Shown here in pieces: positions 39,632 through 48,257 of a stretch of 64,000 nt of DNA (the stretch's first letter is position 1; each line of letters opens with the position of its first letter). The DNA is from an uncultured Bacilli bacterium. GTDB lineage: Bacteria; Bacillota_I; Bacilli_A; RF39; UBA660. Made by a program: the position numbers and the translations under genes. The notes beneath the pieces were generated by a model. It searched no databases. It worked only from the letters and a program-made list of their open reading frames with translations, and was not told the origin of the DNA. The stretch is from positions 75,487-139,486 of the forward strand of contig CAKOLB010000001.1 of NCBI GenBank assembly GCA_934096125.1. Direction: 5' to 3'.

Positions 39632-39683
39632 TTTTCGACCAGGATTATTTATACTTCGCACCACCCGGAAGCAACTAACATTT
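39632..39683 (-). repeat. orphan diverged third copy of the 49-nt antitoxin-like repeat
   Basis: TTTTCGACCAGGATTATTTATACTTCGCACCACCCGGAAGCAACTAACATTT aligns at roughly 80% identity with 40290-40341 in the same orientation. The internal 5-bp stem is retained (CCGGG/CCUGG with G.U). Confidence 0.7.
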
Positions 39684-39754
39684 ACATCATCTTTTAAGAT
39701 AATGAATAAGGTATATCATAATAATTAAAATCAAACAACCAGAATTTAATTACT

Positions 39755-40225
39755 TTACTTCCTAAATTCATGTAATAATCTTTCTTTAATAACATCAACA
39801 TCAACAAAAAATAAATCAACCCCTCTATTTTTAAGGCCAATCATATTTCTAAACAAAAAATTAATTTCCATTATCAGATCACTTTGTACATATACAGGAA
39901 CTCCATTAATGGTATGAACATGATCAATATATTTTTCTAAAATTGGAAAAGCATTCTGAAGTAGTATAGCCGAATCTTTACCAGCTACTTTTCTAATAAG
40001 AATTGTATTACAAAAACCATATCGTTTAATTTTATTATTAATTATTTTTTTATATTTTTCAACTTTCGAACTGATTGGAATAAACCACAAGAATTCCTTA
40101 TCTTTGAGAGTAAAATATGTTGGTCTCTTTCGGCCTTTCTCATGGTTACACATTAACTTTTCATCGTTCATAATGGAAAAAAATTCATCCTTAATATGAT
40201 ATAAACATCCAACTTTAATTTTCAT
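39755..40225 (-). CDS. type III toxin-antitoxin system toxin candidate (ToxN/AbiQ/CptN-like endoribonuclease)
   Basis: 156 aa. GGGAGG-N7-ATG at 40225 (the track TTG at 40240 is less likely). It is preceded by tandem RNA repeats and a terminator, the type III TA grammar. The RKRPTYFTL..FLWFIPISSKVEKYKK segment is reminiscent of the AbiQ/ToxN RPY...APLSSPK region. Confidence 0.6.
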   Translation of the reverse strand: MKIKVGCLYHIKDEFFSIMNDEKLMCNHEKGRKRPTYFTLKDKEFLWFIPISSKVEKYKKIINNKIKRYGFCNTILIRKVAGKDSAILLQNAFPILEKYIDHVHTINGVPVYVQSDLIMEINFLFRNMIGLKNRGVDLFFVDVDVIKERLLHEFRK

Positions 40226-40256
40226 TATAGTTCCTCCCAAAACATAATATCATAAA

Positions 40257-40282
40257 GAAAAAAACTTTACAATCTGTAAAGT
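40257..40282 (-). terminator. intrinsic terminator between the antitoxin repeats and the toxin gene
   Basis: Minus strand ACTTTACA-GAT-TGTAAAGT followed by TTTTTTC. Confidence 0.7.
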
Positions 40283-40291
40283 CTATTTATT

Positions 40292-40389
40292 TTCGACTGG
40301 GATCATTTATTAGTCGCACCACCCAGAAGCGAAAAACATTGTCGCCTAGAATCATTTATTAGTCGCACCATCTAGAAGCGAAAAACATT
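40292..40389 (-). ncRNA. tandem 49-nt repeat array (2.0 copies), candidate type III antitoxin RNA
   Basis: Copies at 40292-40340 and 40341-40389. The 39-nt cores ATCATTTATTAGTCGCACCA[C/T]C[C/T]AGAAGCGAAAAACATT are identical except at 2 positions. Those positions covary with 2 positions in the linker (CTGGG/CCCAG versus CTAGA/TCTAG). Confidence 0.7.
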
Positions 40390-40415
40390 TCCACTGTTTC
40401 TCCAACAGTAACATT

Positions 40416-40444
40416 AATATATCACAAGTTTACAGAAAACGCAA
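40416..40444 (-). promoter_or_regulatory. promoter driving the repeat array and toxin
   Basis: Minus strand TTGCGT-17 nt-TATATT with a TG extension (gTGaTATATT). Confidence 0.55.
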
Positions 40445-40483
40445 CTAGCAATATACATCTATAGTATATTCTAAATTGTTAAA

Positions 40484-43102
40484 TTAATTCTTGTTTTTAA
40501 TTGCCGATTTAGCGGCAGCCAAAATTGCCACAGGAACTCTAAACGGAGAGCAAGAAACATAATCTAAACCAATCTTATCACAAAATTCGATACTCTTAGG
40601 ATCTCCACCATGTTCACCACAAATTCCTAAACTAATATTCGGCTTAACCATTCTTCCTTTATTTACTCCCATTTGAATTAAAGCCCCTACTCCAGCTTCA
40701 TCAATGCTTGCAAAAGGATCAGATTTAAATATATTCTTTTCATAATAATCCTTTAAGAATTTTCCAGCATCATCTCTACTAAAACCATAAGTAAGCTGTG
40801 TTAAATCATTACTTCCAAAACTAAAGAAGTCTGCTTCATTTGCAAGTTTATCAGCCAGAAGTGCTGCTCTTGGAAGTTCAATCATAGTACCAATTTTATA
40901 TTTGATATCTACTCCAGCTTTCTCTATTATTGAGCTTGCCGTCTTAACAACTATACCTTTTACATATTTAAGCTCTTCTTCATCTCCTACTAAAGGTATC
41001 ATTATCTCAGGCTCTACTAAAACGCCTTTTTGATAAACATTAACGGCCGCTTCTATCAAAGCTCTTGTTTGCATTTCTGCAATTTCCGGATAAGTAATAG
41101 CAAGACGGCAACCTCTATGTCCCATCATAGGATTAAATTCTTTTAATGAAGAAATTATTTCTTCAAGCTCTTCCACTGTTTTTCCAAGACTACTTGCAAG
41201 TTCTGCCACTTCTTCTTTGGTCTTCGGTAAAAACTCATGAAGTGGTGGGTCTAAATAACGAACAACAACTTTATTTGGACTCATCACTGTAAATAGTCCT
41301 TCAAAATCTTCTCTTTGATATGGCAAAATTTCTTCTAAAGCTTTTTCTCTTTCTTCTTTAGTACTTGCACATATCATCTTCCGAAAACTAAATATTCTTT
41401 TTTTATCAAAGAACATATGTTCACTTCGGCATAATCCAATTCCTTCTGCTCCAAAATTTTTTGCCATATTAGCATCTTTAACTGTATCAGCGTTAGCTAG
41501 CACTCCTAGTCTTTTAATTTCCTTTGCCCAAGACATAAACTTTTCAAAGTCTCCACTAATAGAGGCATCAACTAGTTCTATTTTCTTCGCATAGACATTT
41601 CCTGTAGAACCATCAACAGATATATAATCACCTTCATGCAACACTTTTCCATTTTCATTTTTCAAACATCTATTTACTTCATCAACAACTATATTAGCTC
41701 CACTAACGCAAGGAATTCCCATACCTCTTGCAACCACTGCGGCATGACTAGTCATTCCTCCCCGAACTGTTAAAACTCCTTCACTTGAGTGCATACCTTC
41801 GATATCTTCAGGAGAAGTTTCAGTTCTAACTAATATAGAAGGAATATTTTCTCTTTTATTTTCAATCAGTTTTTTGGCATCAAAACATATCACTCCAACC
41901 CCAGCTCCTGGAGAAGCCGCCAGACCACTTGCAAATACTTCTTCATTTTGGAGTTGCATTATATTAAACGTCGGATGAAGAAGGGCATCTAAACTATTTT
42001 CATCCACTCTAAATAAAGCTTCTTCTTTAGTAATAATCCCCTCTTCGACTAAAGATACAGCTATCTTAATTGCTGCCGCAGGCGTTCTCTTACCATTTCT
42101 TGTTTGCAGTATATAAAGCTTTCCATCTTCAATTGTAAACTCCATATCTTGCATATCTTTATAATGTTTTTCAAGCTTCTCAGCAATCATTGCAAACTCT
42201 TCATAAATTTCAGCATTAACTTCTTTTAACTTTTCAATACTCTCAGGTGTTCGAACTCCTGCAACAACATCTTCCCCTTGGGCATTCATCAAATATTCGC
42301 CAAAAAGTTTCTCTTCACCTGTCGCCGGATTTCTTGTGAAAGCTACTCCAGTTCCAGAATTTTCATTTAAGTTACCATAAACCATTTGTTGCACATTAAC
42401 CGCTGTTCCCCAATCATTTGGAATATTATTAATCTTACGATAATATATTGCTCTTTCATTATTCCAACTTTTAAAGACCGCTTTGATCGCTTCAAATAAT
42501 TGCACGTATGGCTCCGATGGAAAATCTTTTCCCTCAAACTCCGTAAACTTTTGTTTAAACATTTCCACAATTTTCTTCATGTCTACTTCATCAAGCTCAT
42601 TATCAAGTTTAACATTTTTTTCAGCTTTTATATCATCAATTATTTTTTCGAACTCACAACGATTATATCCCATTACAACATCTGCATACATTTCAATAAG
42701 TCTTCGATATGAGTCATACATAAATCTTTTATTACCAATTTTTTCGCCATAAACCTCAACTATTTTTTCATTAAGGCCTAGATTAAGAATACTATCCATC
42801 ATCCCCGGCATACTTATTCTCGCCCCACTTCGAACACTTAAAAGAAGGGGATTATTTATATCTCCAAACTTTTTGCCAGTCTTACTTTCAATTATCTCAA
42901 CGGCATTTCTAATTTCTTTTTCAATATTTTCCGAAAGCATCTCTTGATTATTATAATAAAAAGTGCAAGCATCTGTGGAAACGGTAAAACCACTAGGCAC
43001 CGGAAGACCAATTCTCATCATTTCCGCTAAGTTAGCACCTTTACCTCCAAGAATTTCTCTCATATCCTTATTACCTTCATCAAACAAATAAACGTATTTC
43101 AC
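40484..43102 (-). CDS. ppdK: pyruvate, phosphate dikinase
   Basis: 872 aa. ATP-grasp N-terminus, phosphohistidine swivel motif GGMTSHAAVVARG, and a PEP-utilising C-terminal TIM barrel (GSNDLTQ). Confidence 0.97.
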   Translation of the reverse strand: MKYVYLFDEGNKDMREILGGKGANLAEMMRIGLPVPSGFTVSTDACTFYYNNQEMLSENIEKEIRNAVEIIESKTGKKFGDINNPLLLSVRSGARISMPGMMDSILNLGLNEKIVEVYGEKIGNKRFMYDSYRRLIEMYADVVMGYNRCEFEKIIDDIKAEKNVKLDNELDEVDMKKIVEMFKQKFTEFEGKDFPSEPYVQLFEAIKAVFKSWNNERAIYYRKINNIPNDWGTAVNVQQMVYGNLNENSGTGVAFTRNPATGEEKLFGEYLMNAQGEDVVAGVRTPESIEKLKEVNAEIYEEFAMIAEKLEKHYKDMQDMEFTIEDGKLYILQTRNGKRTPAAAIKIAVSLVEEGIITKEEALFRVDENSLDALLHPTFNIMQLQNEEVFASGLAASPGAGVGVICFDAKKLIENKRENIPSILVRTETSPEDIEGMHSSEGVLTVRGGMTSHAAVVARGMGIPCVSGANIVVDEVNRCLKNENGKVLHEGDYISVDGSTGNVYAKKIELVDASISGDFEKFMSWAKEIKRLGVLANADTVKDANMAKNFGAEGIGLCRSEHMFFDKKRIFSFRKMICASTKEEREKALEEILPYQREDFEGLFTVMSPNKVVVRYLDPPLHEFLPKTKEEVAELASSLGKTVEELEEIISSLKEFNPMMGHRGCRLAITYPEIAEMQTRALIEAAVNVYQKGVLVEPEIMIPLVGDEEELKYVKGIVVKTASSIIEKAGVDIKYKIGTMIELPRAALLADKLANEADFFSFGSNDLTQLTYGFSRDDAGKFLKDYYEKNIFKSDPFASIDEAGVGALIQMGVNKGRMVKPNISLGICGEHGGDPKSIEFCDKIGLDYVSCSPFRVPVAILAAAKSAIKNKN

Positions 43103-43185
43103 TTTTCATCCCCGACTTTCTATAATTTAATTTTATCATGCCCTATAATTAATTTCAATATTCAAAAAATAATAAATAAAGTCAC

Positions 43186-43248
43186 TTAAATTGTAATTCT
43201 AATCGGAGTAACTTTAGTACCAGTTCCACTGGCATAAGTTACGTTAGC
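43186..43248 (-). pseudogene. 3'-terminal remnant of a surface-protein family paralog
   Basis: The minus-strand translation ANVTYASGTGTKVTPIRITI* matches the family C-terminus (VTYESGAGTHSNPIRIVV*). No upstream coding sequence remains. Confidence 0.6.
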
Positions 43249-43262
43249 AAGGAGGTTAAAAA

Positions 43263-43431
43263 ATGGCCTAGTGGCAAAACTTTAAGTGACTATGAAAGAG
43301 AAAAAACAGACATTAACTTTGCAAACATTGAAAAAATTGTAAATGCCTGTAACTACGAAATTCTTTTCGTTAGTAAGAAAAACAATAAACGAGTATTAAC
43401 CAGCCAAAAAATTGACAGAGAAGAAATATAA
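43263..43431 (+). pseudogene. truncated/frameshifted XRE-family regulator remnant
   Basis: AAGGAGG RBS plus ATG GCC TAG. In the +1 frame, PSGKTLSDYEREKTDINFANIEKIVNACNYEILF corresponds to the second half of an HTH_3 domain. Same divergent arrangement as 14889-16781. Confidence 0.55.
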
Positions 43432-43464
43432 AAACTGAGTAACCCTAAAAAATTACTCAGTTTT
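43431..43464. terminator. bidirectional intrinsic terminator
   Basis: AAAACTGAGTAA-10 nt-TTACTCAGTTTT, a 12-bp stem overlapping the stop codon of ORF 43453-45654. Confidence 0.6.
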
Positions 43465-45654
43465 CTTATCCTTAATTATTTTAAGGATTAAACTAAATAC
43501 TAAAGGAAGACTTGCAGCATATGGCAAAACATACCTAAAGTAAGTATTCGCAGGACCCACAAAACACATAAATATCATGGAAAACGCCGGCATTAACAAT
43601 ATTATATATTCCTTCTTTCGATAAAGAAATAGCAAAATAGCTAAAAATAAATAAGCAAAAGTATAAAATGCACAGTTAACAACTAAATTTACGCCTGGAA
43701 TAAATGGATAAACATTTGCATATCCCTTTAATGCTAGCCTCCCAGCTTCCATTCCATTAAAATGATAATCATAACCAGCCTCTAAAAGCTTCATATTTAA
43801 ATTACTATAAATATACCACTTATAAGCCCCCATATAAAAGTAACCATAATTATTACTAATTGTTGCATTTAAATAACTACTTGGGTGTTTCCAAAACATT
43901 TTTCCCCATACCCTAAAGTAATTTTGCAAATCTTTTCGCTCCGCATATCTATTATACTCATTTTTTACTTTATCCGATAACTCTGGCTCATACCTAGAAG
44001 CAAGAGTATCATATCCAAGCACTTTATCAAGCACATCTTTCTCCTTTTTAGTTACATCACTTCCATGCTCTTTTACATATCTAGCACTTTGTTGAAAGAC
44101 AAATGATAACCCTTCCCGCACAGAAGTATTTGGCACCTCCAAAAGCTTTAAGCTATAGTTAAAACAAACTGTAAAAAGAATTATCCCAGCCAAATAAATA
44201 GCACTTACTAAATTTTTCTTAAAAAGAAATACAAATGGCAAACTAAATAAAATAACCACTATACCATTATTTCTAAATAATACCAGTAATGCCATGACTA
44301 TAAAAAATATTACATAATCTCTTCTTTTAACCTCACCCCTAATATATTTATATAAATAAATAATATAAAGAATAGTAAAACCATAAAACAAACTATCTTT
44401 AACAAACGTTAAATTATAAAAACTGTAAAATGGCACCACTGCATAGATGAGTAAAAGAACCAATAAATACTTCCCAGAAAAACCTTGCCTATGAAGAAAA
44501 TAAAGAGAATAGGCTAAAATGCTAATAAGAACTATCTCTTGCAAAAGCAAAAAACCAAACATTCCAAAGTTTACACTACCTAAAGCAGCGCCAAGTTTAA
44601 AGAAACCTCCTAAAAGAAGTGTATGTAAAATTGGATTAAAATTGGTTAAAGTAATATTTGAATTCATAACCACAATACTATCTAAATACCTTGTATGTAG
44701 TCCCAGTACTTCCTTTATTTGATTAGCATTATCATAATTAATAACCCCTGGATAATAAAAAATCATATACATAGCATTAACAAGCAAAAGTACCAAAAAA
44801 CTATAACCAAACACATGTTTATCAAACTTTATTGTCTCTACCCCTTTTAAATCAAATTTTTCTATCAGCTCATATAAAGCATTTAAAACATTTGATGCTA
44901 GAAAATAATATCCAAGTATTTTTATGACACTTACAACAATACCTGCATCACTACTATATAGATAGCTAAATGAATAATCTACCGAGAAGCTAAGCCCAAT
45001 CAAAGTACACAAGCTTATAATGCCAGCCAAAATATTAAAGCCCTTATTACTCTTTCCCAAAGACTTTTTTAAAAGAAAGTAAACAAGTAAAGCACATATA
45101 AGGATATACAGCACTTCATACCAAGCATAATGTAAATCAAGTTTACCATCACTCACCCTTAAAACTAAAGCCAACATAATATAAATATAGGTAATAACCT
45201 TTGATGACTTATTATCATCTTTTTCTTTATTAAAGATAAAAAGCTTTTGAATAAAAAAGTTAAGCACAAATATAGTCCCATCAATAAATAATTTTATAAC
45301 ACTTGCATTAAAACCGAGCTTTTCATAAATTATGCTCACCAGACTTGCTGATACTGTAATATTTACCAGTACCAAAGTAAAATATTTTAAAACCGAAGAT
45401 TTTTTCTTTTCCTCTTGATACTTAAAAACATATTTTTTATTAAAAATATAATTATATATGCTAGATAAAGCCCGAGCAAGATAAGATGCCAGTAAAACAG
45501 CCCCAGCTAATCTCGATTTAAAAATGGAAAACAAAACTGTAAAGATAAGTAAATCAAGCAAAAAGGAAGAACCAGCCCCAAATAAATATGTAACTACTTC
45601 TTTTGATTTATTTTTCATAACTTTTCTCCAAAATAATTGTTGTTGGTCCATCAT
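43453..45654 (-). CDS. large polytopic membrane protein with N-terminal GtrA-like domain (putative glycan/teichoic-acid-related transferase)
   Basis: The N-terminal roughly 130 aa fit the GtrA pattern (four TM helices, YLFGAGSSFLLDLLIF), followed by more than 12 further TM helices. The real start is probably MKNKSKE at 45618. Confidence 0.55.
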   Translation of the reverse strand: MMDQQQLFWRKVMKNKSKEVVTYLFGAGSSFLLDLLIFTVLFSIFKSRLAGAVLLASYLARALSSIYNYIFNKKYVFKYQEEKKKSSVLKYFTLVLVNITVSASLVSIIYEKLGFNASVIKLFIDGTIFVLNFFIQKLFIFNKEKDDNKSSKVITYIYIMLALVLRVSDGKLDLHYAWYEVLYILICALLVYFLLKKSLGKSNKGFNILAGIISLCTLIGLSFSVDYSFSYLYSSDAGIVVSVIKILGYYFLASNVLNALYELIEKFDLKGVETIKFDKHVFGYSFLVLLLVNAMYMIFYYPGVINYDNANQIKEVLGLHTRYLDSIVVMNSNITLTNFNPILHTLLLGGFFKLGAALGSVNFGMFGFLLLQEIVLISILAYSLYFLHRQGFSGKYLLVLLLIYAVVPFYSFYNLTFVKDSLFYGFTILYIIYLYKYIRGEVKRRDYVIFFIVMALLVLFRNNGIVVILFSLPFVFLFKKNLVSAIYLAGIILFTVCFNYSLKLLEVPNTSVREGLSFVFQQSARYVKEHGSDVTKKEKDVLDKVLGYDTLASRYEPELSDKVKNEYNRYAERKDLQNYFRVWGKMFWKHPSSYLNATISNNYGYFYMGAYKWYIYSNLNMKLLEAGYDYHFNGMEAGRLALKGYANVYPFIPGVNLVVNCAFYTFAYLFLAILLFLYRKKEYIILLMPAFSMIFMCFVGPANTYFRYVLPYAASLPLVFSLILKIIKDKKTE

Positions 45655-46054
45655 TTACAATATTTACCACCATATCACAGCCAAACTTTCCAGGCTTAGT
45701 AACTGCATACTTTCCTAAAAGCTCATTAAATCTATTATAAAGTTTTATCGCATCACTTCCATTTAAAGCCTTAAGATAAGATGGTCTATTGCCTTTAGAT
45801 GTATCACCATAAAGTGTAAACTGTGAAATAGATAAAATCTCTCCACCCACATCAAGCACTGATTTATTCATCACTTTATTATCATCCTCAAAAATTCGCA
45901 AATCCACAACTTTCCTTGCCATTTTCTCCAAGATTTCCTCATTATCACCATAAGTAAATCCCACCAAAAGCACAAGACCAAAAGAAATAGAGTTAAATTC
46001 TTTCCCATCCACTAAAACACTAGATTTTTTCGCTTTTTGTACTATAACTTTCAT
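45608..46054 (-). CDS. dtd: D-aminoacyl-tRNA deacylase
   Basis: MKVIVQKAKKSSV...SQFTLYGDT.KGNRPS...GKFG..M.V...NDGP.T motifs, plus the conserved relA-dtd order. Confidence 0.93.
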   Translation of the reverse strand: MKVIVQKAKKSSVLVDGKEFNSISFGLVLLVGFTYGDNEEILEKMARKVVDLRIFEDDNKVMNKSVLDVGGEILSISQFTLYGDTSKGNRPSYLKALNGSDAIKLYNRFNELLGKYAVTKPGKFGCDMVVNIVNDGPTTIILEKSYEK

Positions 46055-48191
46055 ATCTCTCCTTTACATCATCCAAAACATCTATAACATTTGGCATCTT
46101 CTTTATTGTCTTAATAATCAAATCTTTCATATCTTTATCATTAATCCGAATACTTAATTCATAAATAATATCTCCATCAATTTCTCTGGTATTACAAGAC
46201 TTAACCAAACTTCCCTTTTTACTTACCTCAGTTACAATATTAACCAACATATTATCATTATTTCTAACAATTACATAAATTTCTACATAATAATAATTAC
46301 TAATATTTTCATTCCACTGAACATCCACTTTTCTATTACTTTCCATATCACTTATATTAGGACAAGAAACCTTGTGAACACTTATCCCTTGATTTTTGGT
46401 AATATACCCAACAATTTTCTCACCCTTAATAGGATTACAACACTTAGCAATACTAACTACTATATTATCATTACCCTCAACTAAAATATCACTTTTATAC
46501 TCAGTTTGTGGAACAACCTTTTTTCTTTCAAACAAGGCATCAACCGCATTATGTTTATTAACAGTTGTAAGACTTATGATATAGCTAGCAGTATATCTAA
46601 GAGAACCAATACCCAAATATATATCATCCATATCTTTAAGCTTTAAGTCTTTTAAAATCTTACTTATAGCACTAGTGGTAAACACTTCTCCAAAAACTTG
46701 TTTTTTCTTTCTAAGTTCTTGTTCTAGCATATTCTTTCCTTTTTGGATATACTCTTCTCTATCTCTTTTACTAAAGAAAGATTTTATTTTATTTTTTGCT
46801 TGTGGTGTTTTAACAAATGTTAACCAGTCTTTATTTGGCGTACTACTAGCATTTGTTTTTATGTTGACCACATCATCATTTTTAAGCTCATAAGAAAGTG
46901 GCACAATACTATCATTAACTATAGCCCCAACTGTAGTATCTCCAACCCGTGAGTGAATACGATAAGCAAAATCAATCGGAGTTGCCCCAAGTGGAAGTTC
47001 TACAACATCCCCTTTCGGAGTATATGTATAGATTAAATCACCAAAAAGATTATCATTAACATTCTTTTCAAAATCAGCATCAGTATCATTATTACTACTT
47101 TCAATAACATTTCTAAACATCTCTAGTTTAGCTTCCATCATATTTTGAATTTTCTTAGTCCCTTTTTCTTTATAAGACCAGTGACTAGCAATTCCTTTTT
47201 CCGCAATTTCATCCATTTCATATGTTCTTACCTGTACTTCAAACACATGTCCTTGCATTCCAAAGACTGTTGTATGAAGACTTTGATACATATTTTCTTT
47301 TGGACTTGCTATATAATCTTTAAACCTATTTGGCACGGGGCGAAACCTTGAATGAATAAGCCCAATAACTTGATAACACTCACTTTCTTCTGTTACGAAC
47401 ACTCTTAAAGCAAGTATATCATATATCTTATTCCATTCTTTTCCATTATTAAGCTTATTATATATACTATAAACGCTTTTAACTCTTCCCTTAATTTCAA
47501 ACTTAAGTCCAGCATCTGTTAAAAGCTCAATAATACTTTCTTTCATATCTTCTAAATATTTATTAAGCTTTTGTGTTGTATCTTCCAGATGCACTAAAAT
47601 ATCGTTGTAAACATCAGGCTTTAGATAATAAAGACATAAATTTTCTAGTTCACTTTTTATCGAATTTATCCCAAGACGGTGTGCAATTGGCACAAGAACA
47701 TCTAGTGTTTCTCTTGCCTTCTCTTTTTGTTTGCTTGGATTAATCGCCCAGTTAGTTCGCATATTATGAAGACGGTCGGCAAGTTTAATATATAAAACTC
47801 TTACATCTTCAGCAAGCCCTACCAAAATCTTCCGCATATAAAGAATTGAAGACTCATTATTATCAGGAAGTTCTAATTTATTAATTTTGGAAACACTTAA
47901 AACAATCTTAGCTACTTCTTCGCCAAAATCTCTTTCTAAATCTTCATAAGTTTTCTCTCCATTATTGATAACCTCATGTAATAAAGCAGCAATAATTGTT
48001 GTATCATCCACATTTAAATCCATAAGTATCTTGGTTACTTCCAAAGGATGCGTAATAAAATCATCTTGAGTAAGTCTTTTTTTACCCTTATGTTCTTCAT
48101 AAGCATACTCATAAGCCCTTTTTATTACATCAAAACTATCTCTTTTTTTAAGCCGTTTTTCTAAGGCTTCAAAACTAATATTTTCCATCAA
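46020..48191 (-). CDS. relA: bifunctional (p)ppGpp synthetase/hydrolase RelA/SpoT (Rel)
   Basis: 723 aa. HD hydrolase domain (HPLEV...HD), synthetase domain (YKSLHT-like YQSLHTTV), and TGS and ACT C-terminal domains. Confidence 0.95.
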   Translation of the reverse strand: MMENISFEALEKRLKKRDSFDVIKRAYEYAYEEHKGKKRLTQDDFITHPLEVTKILMDLNVDDTTIIAALLHEVINNGEKTYEDLERDFGEEVAKIVLSVSKINKLELPDNNESSILYMRKILVGLAEDVRVLYIKLADRLHNMRTNWAINPSKQKEKARETLDVLVPIAHRLGINSIKSELENLCLYYLKPDVYNDILVHLEDTTQKLNKYLEDMKESIIELLTDAGLKFEIKGRVKSVYSIYNKLNNGKEWNKIYDILALRVFVTEESECYQVIGLIHSRFRPVPNRFKDYIASPKENMYQSLHTTVFGMQGHVFEVQVRTYEMDEIAEKGIASHWSYKEKGTKKIQNMMEAKLEMFRNVIESSNNDTDADFEKNVNDNLFGDLIYTYTPKGDVVELPLGATPIDFAYRIHSRVGDTTVGAIVNDSIVPLSYELKNDDVVNIKTNASSTPNKDWLTFVKTPQAKNKIKSFFSKRDREEYIQKGKNMLEQELRKKKQVFGEVFTTSAISKILKDLKLKDMDDIYLGIGSLRYTASYIISLTTVNKHNAVDALFERKKVVPQTEYKSDILVEGNDNIVVSIAKCCNPIKGEKIVGYITKNQGISVHKVSCPNISDMESNRKVDVQWNENISNYYYVEIYVIVRNNDNMLVNIVTEVSKKGSLVKSCNTREIDGDIIYELSIRINDKDMKDLIIKTIKKMPNVIDVLDDVKERYESYSTKSEKI

Positions 48192-48257
48192 ATAATAAAA
48201 CCTCCAACATATAATTATTATATAACAATTTTTACTTTAGTTAAAGGAGAACTTATC

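Noticed and set aside
39501-39728. Track ORF of 75 aa on the plus strand.
   Set aside because: It has no RBS. It overlaps the end of ORF 39173-39565 and two terminators, and its sequence is simply the antisense reading of the orphan antitoxin-like repeat. It is judged non-coding.
40292-40389. Considered whether the tandem repeats are a mini CRISPR array.
   Set aside because: There are only two head-to-tail copies, with no unique spacers between them. No cas genes are present in the window. A promoter sits upstream, and a terminator plus a toxin-like ORF sit downstream, which fits a type III antitoxin array instead.
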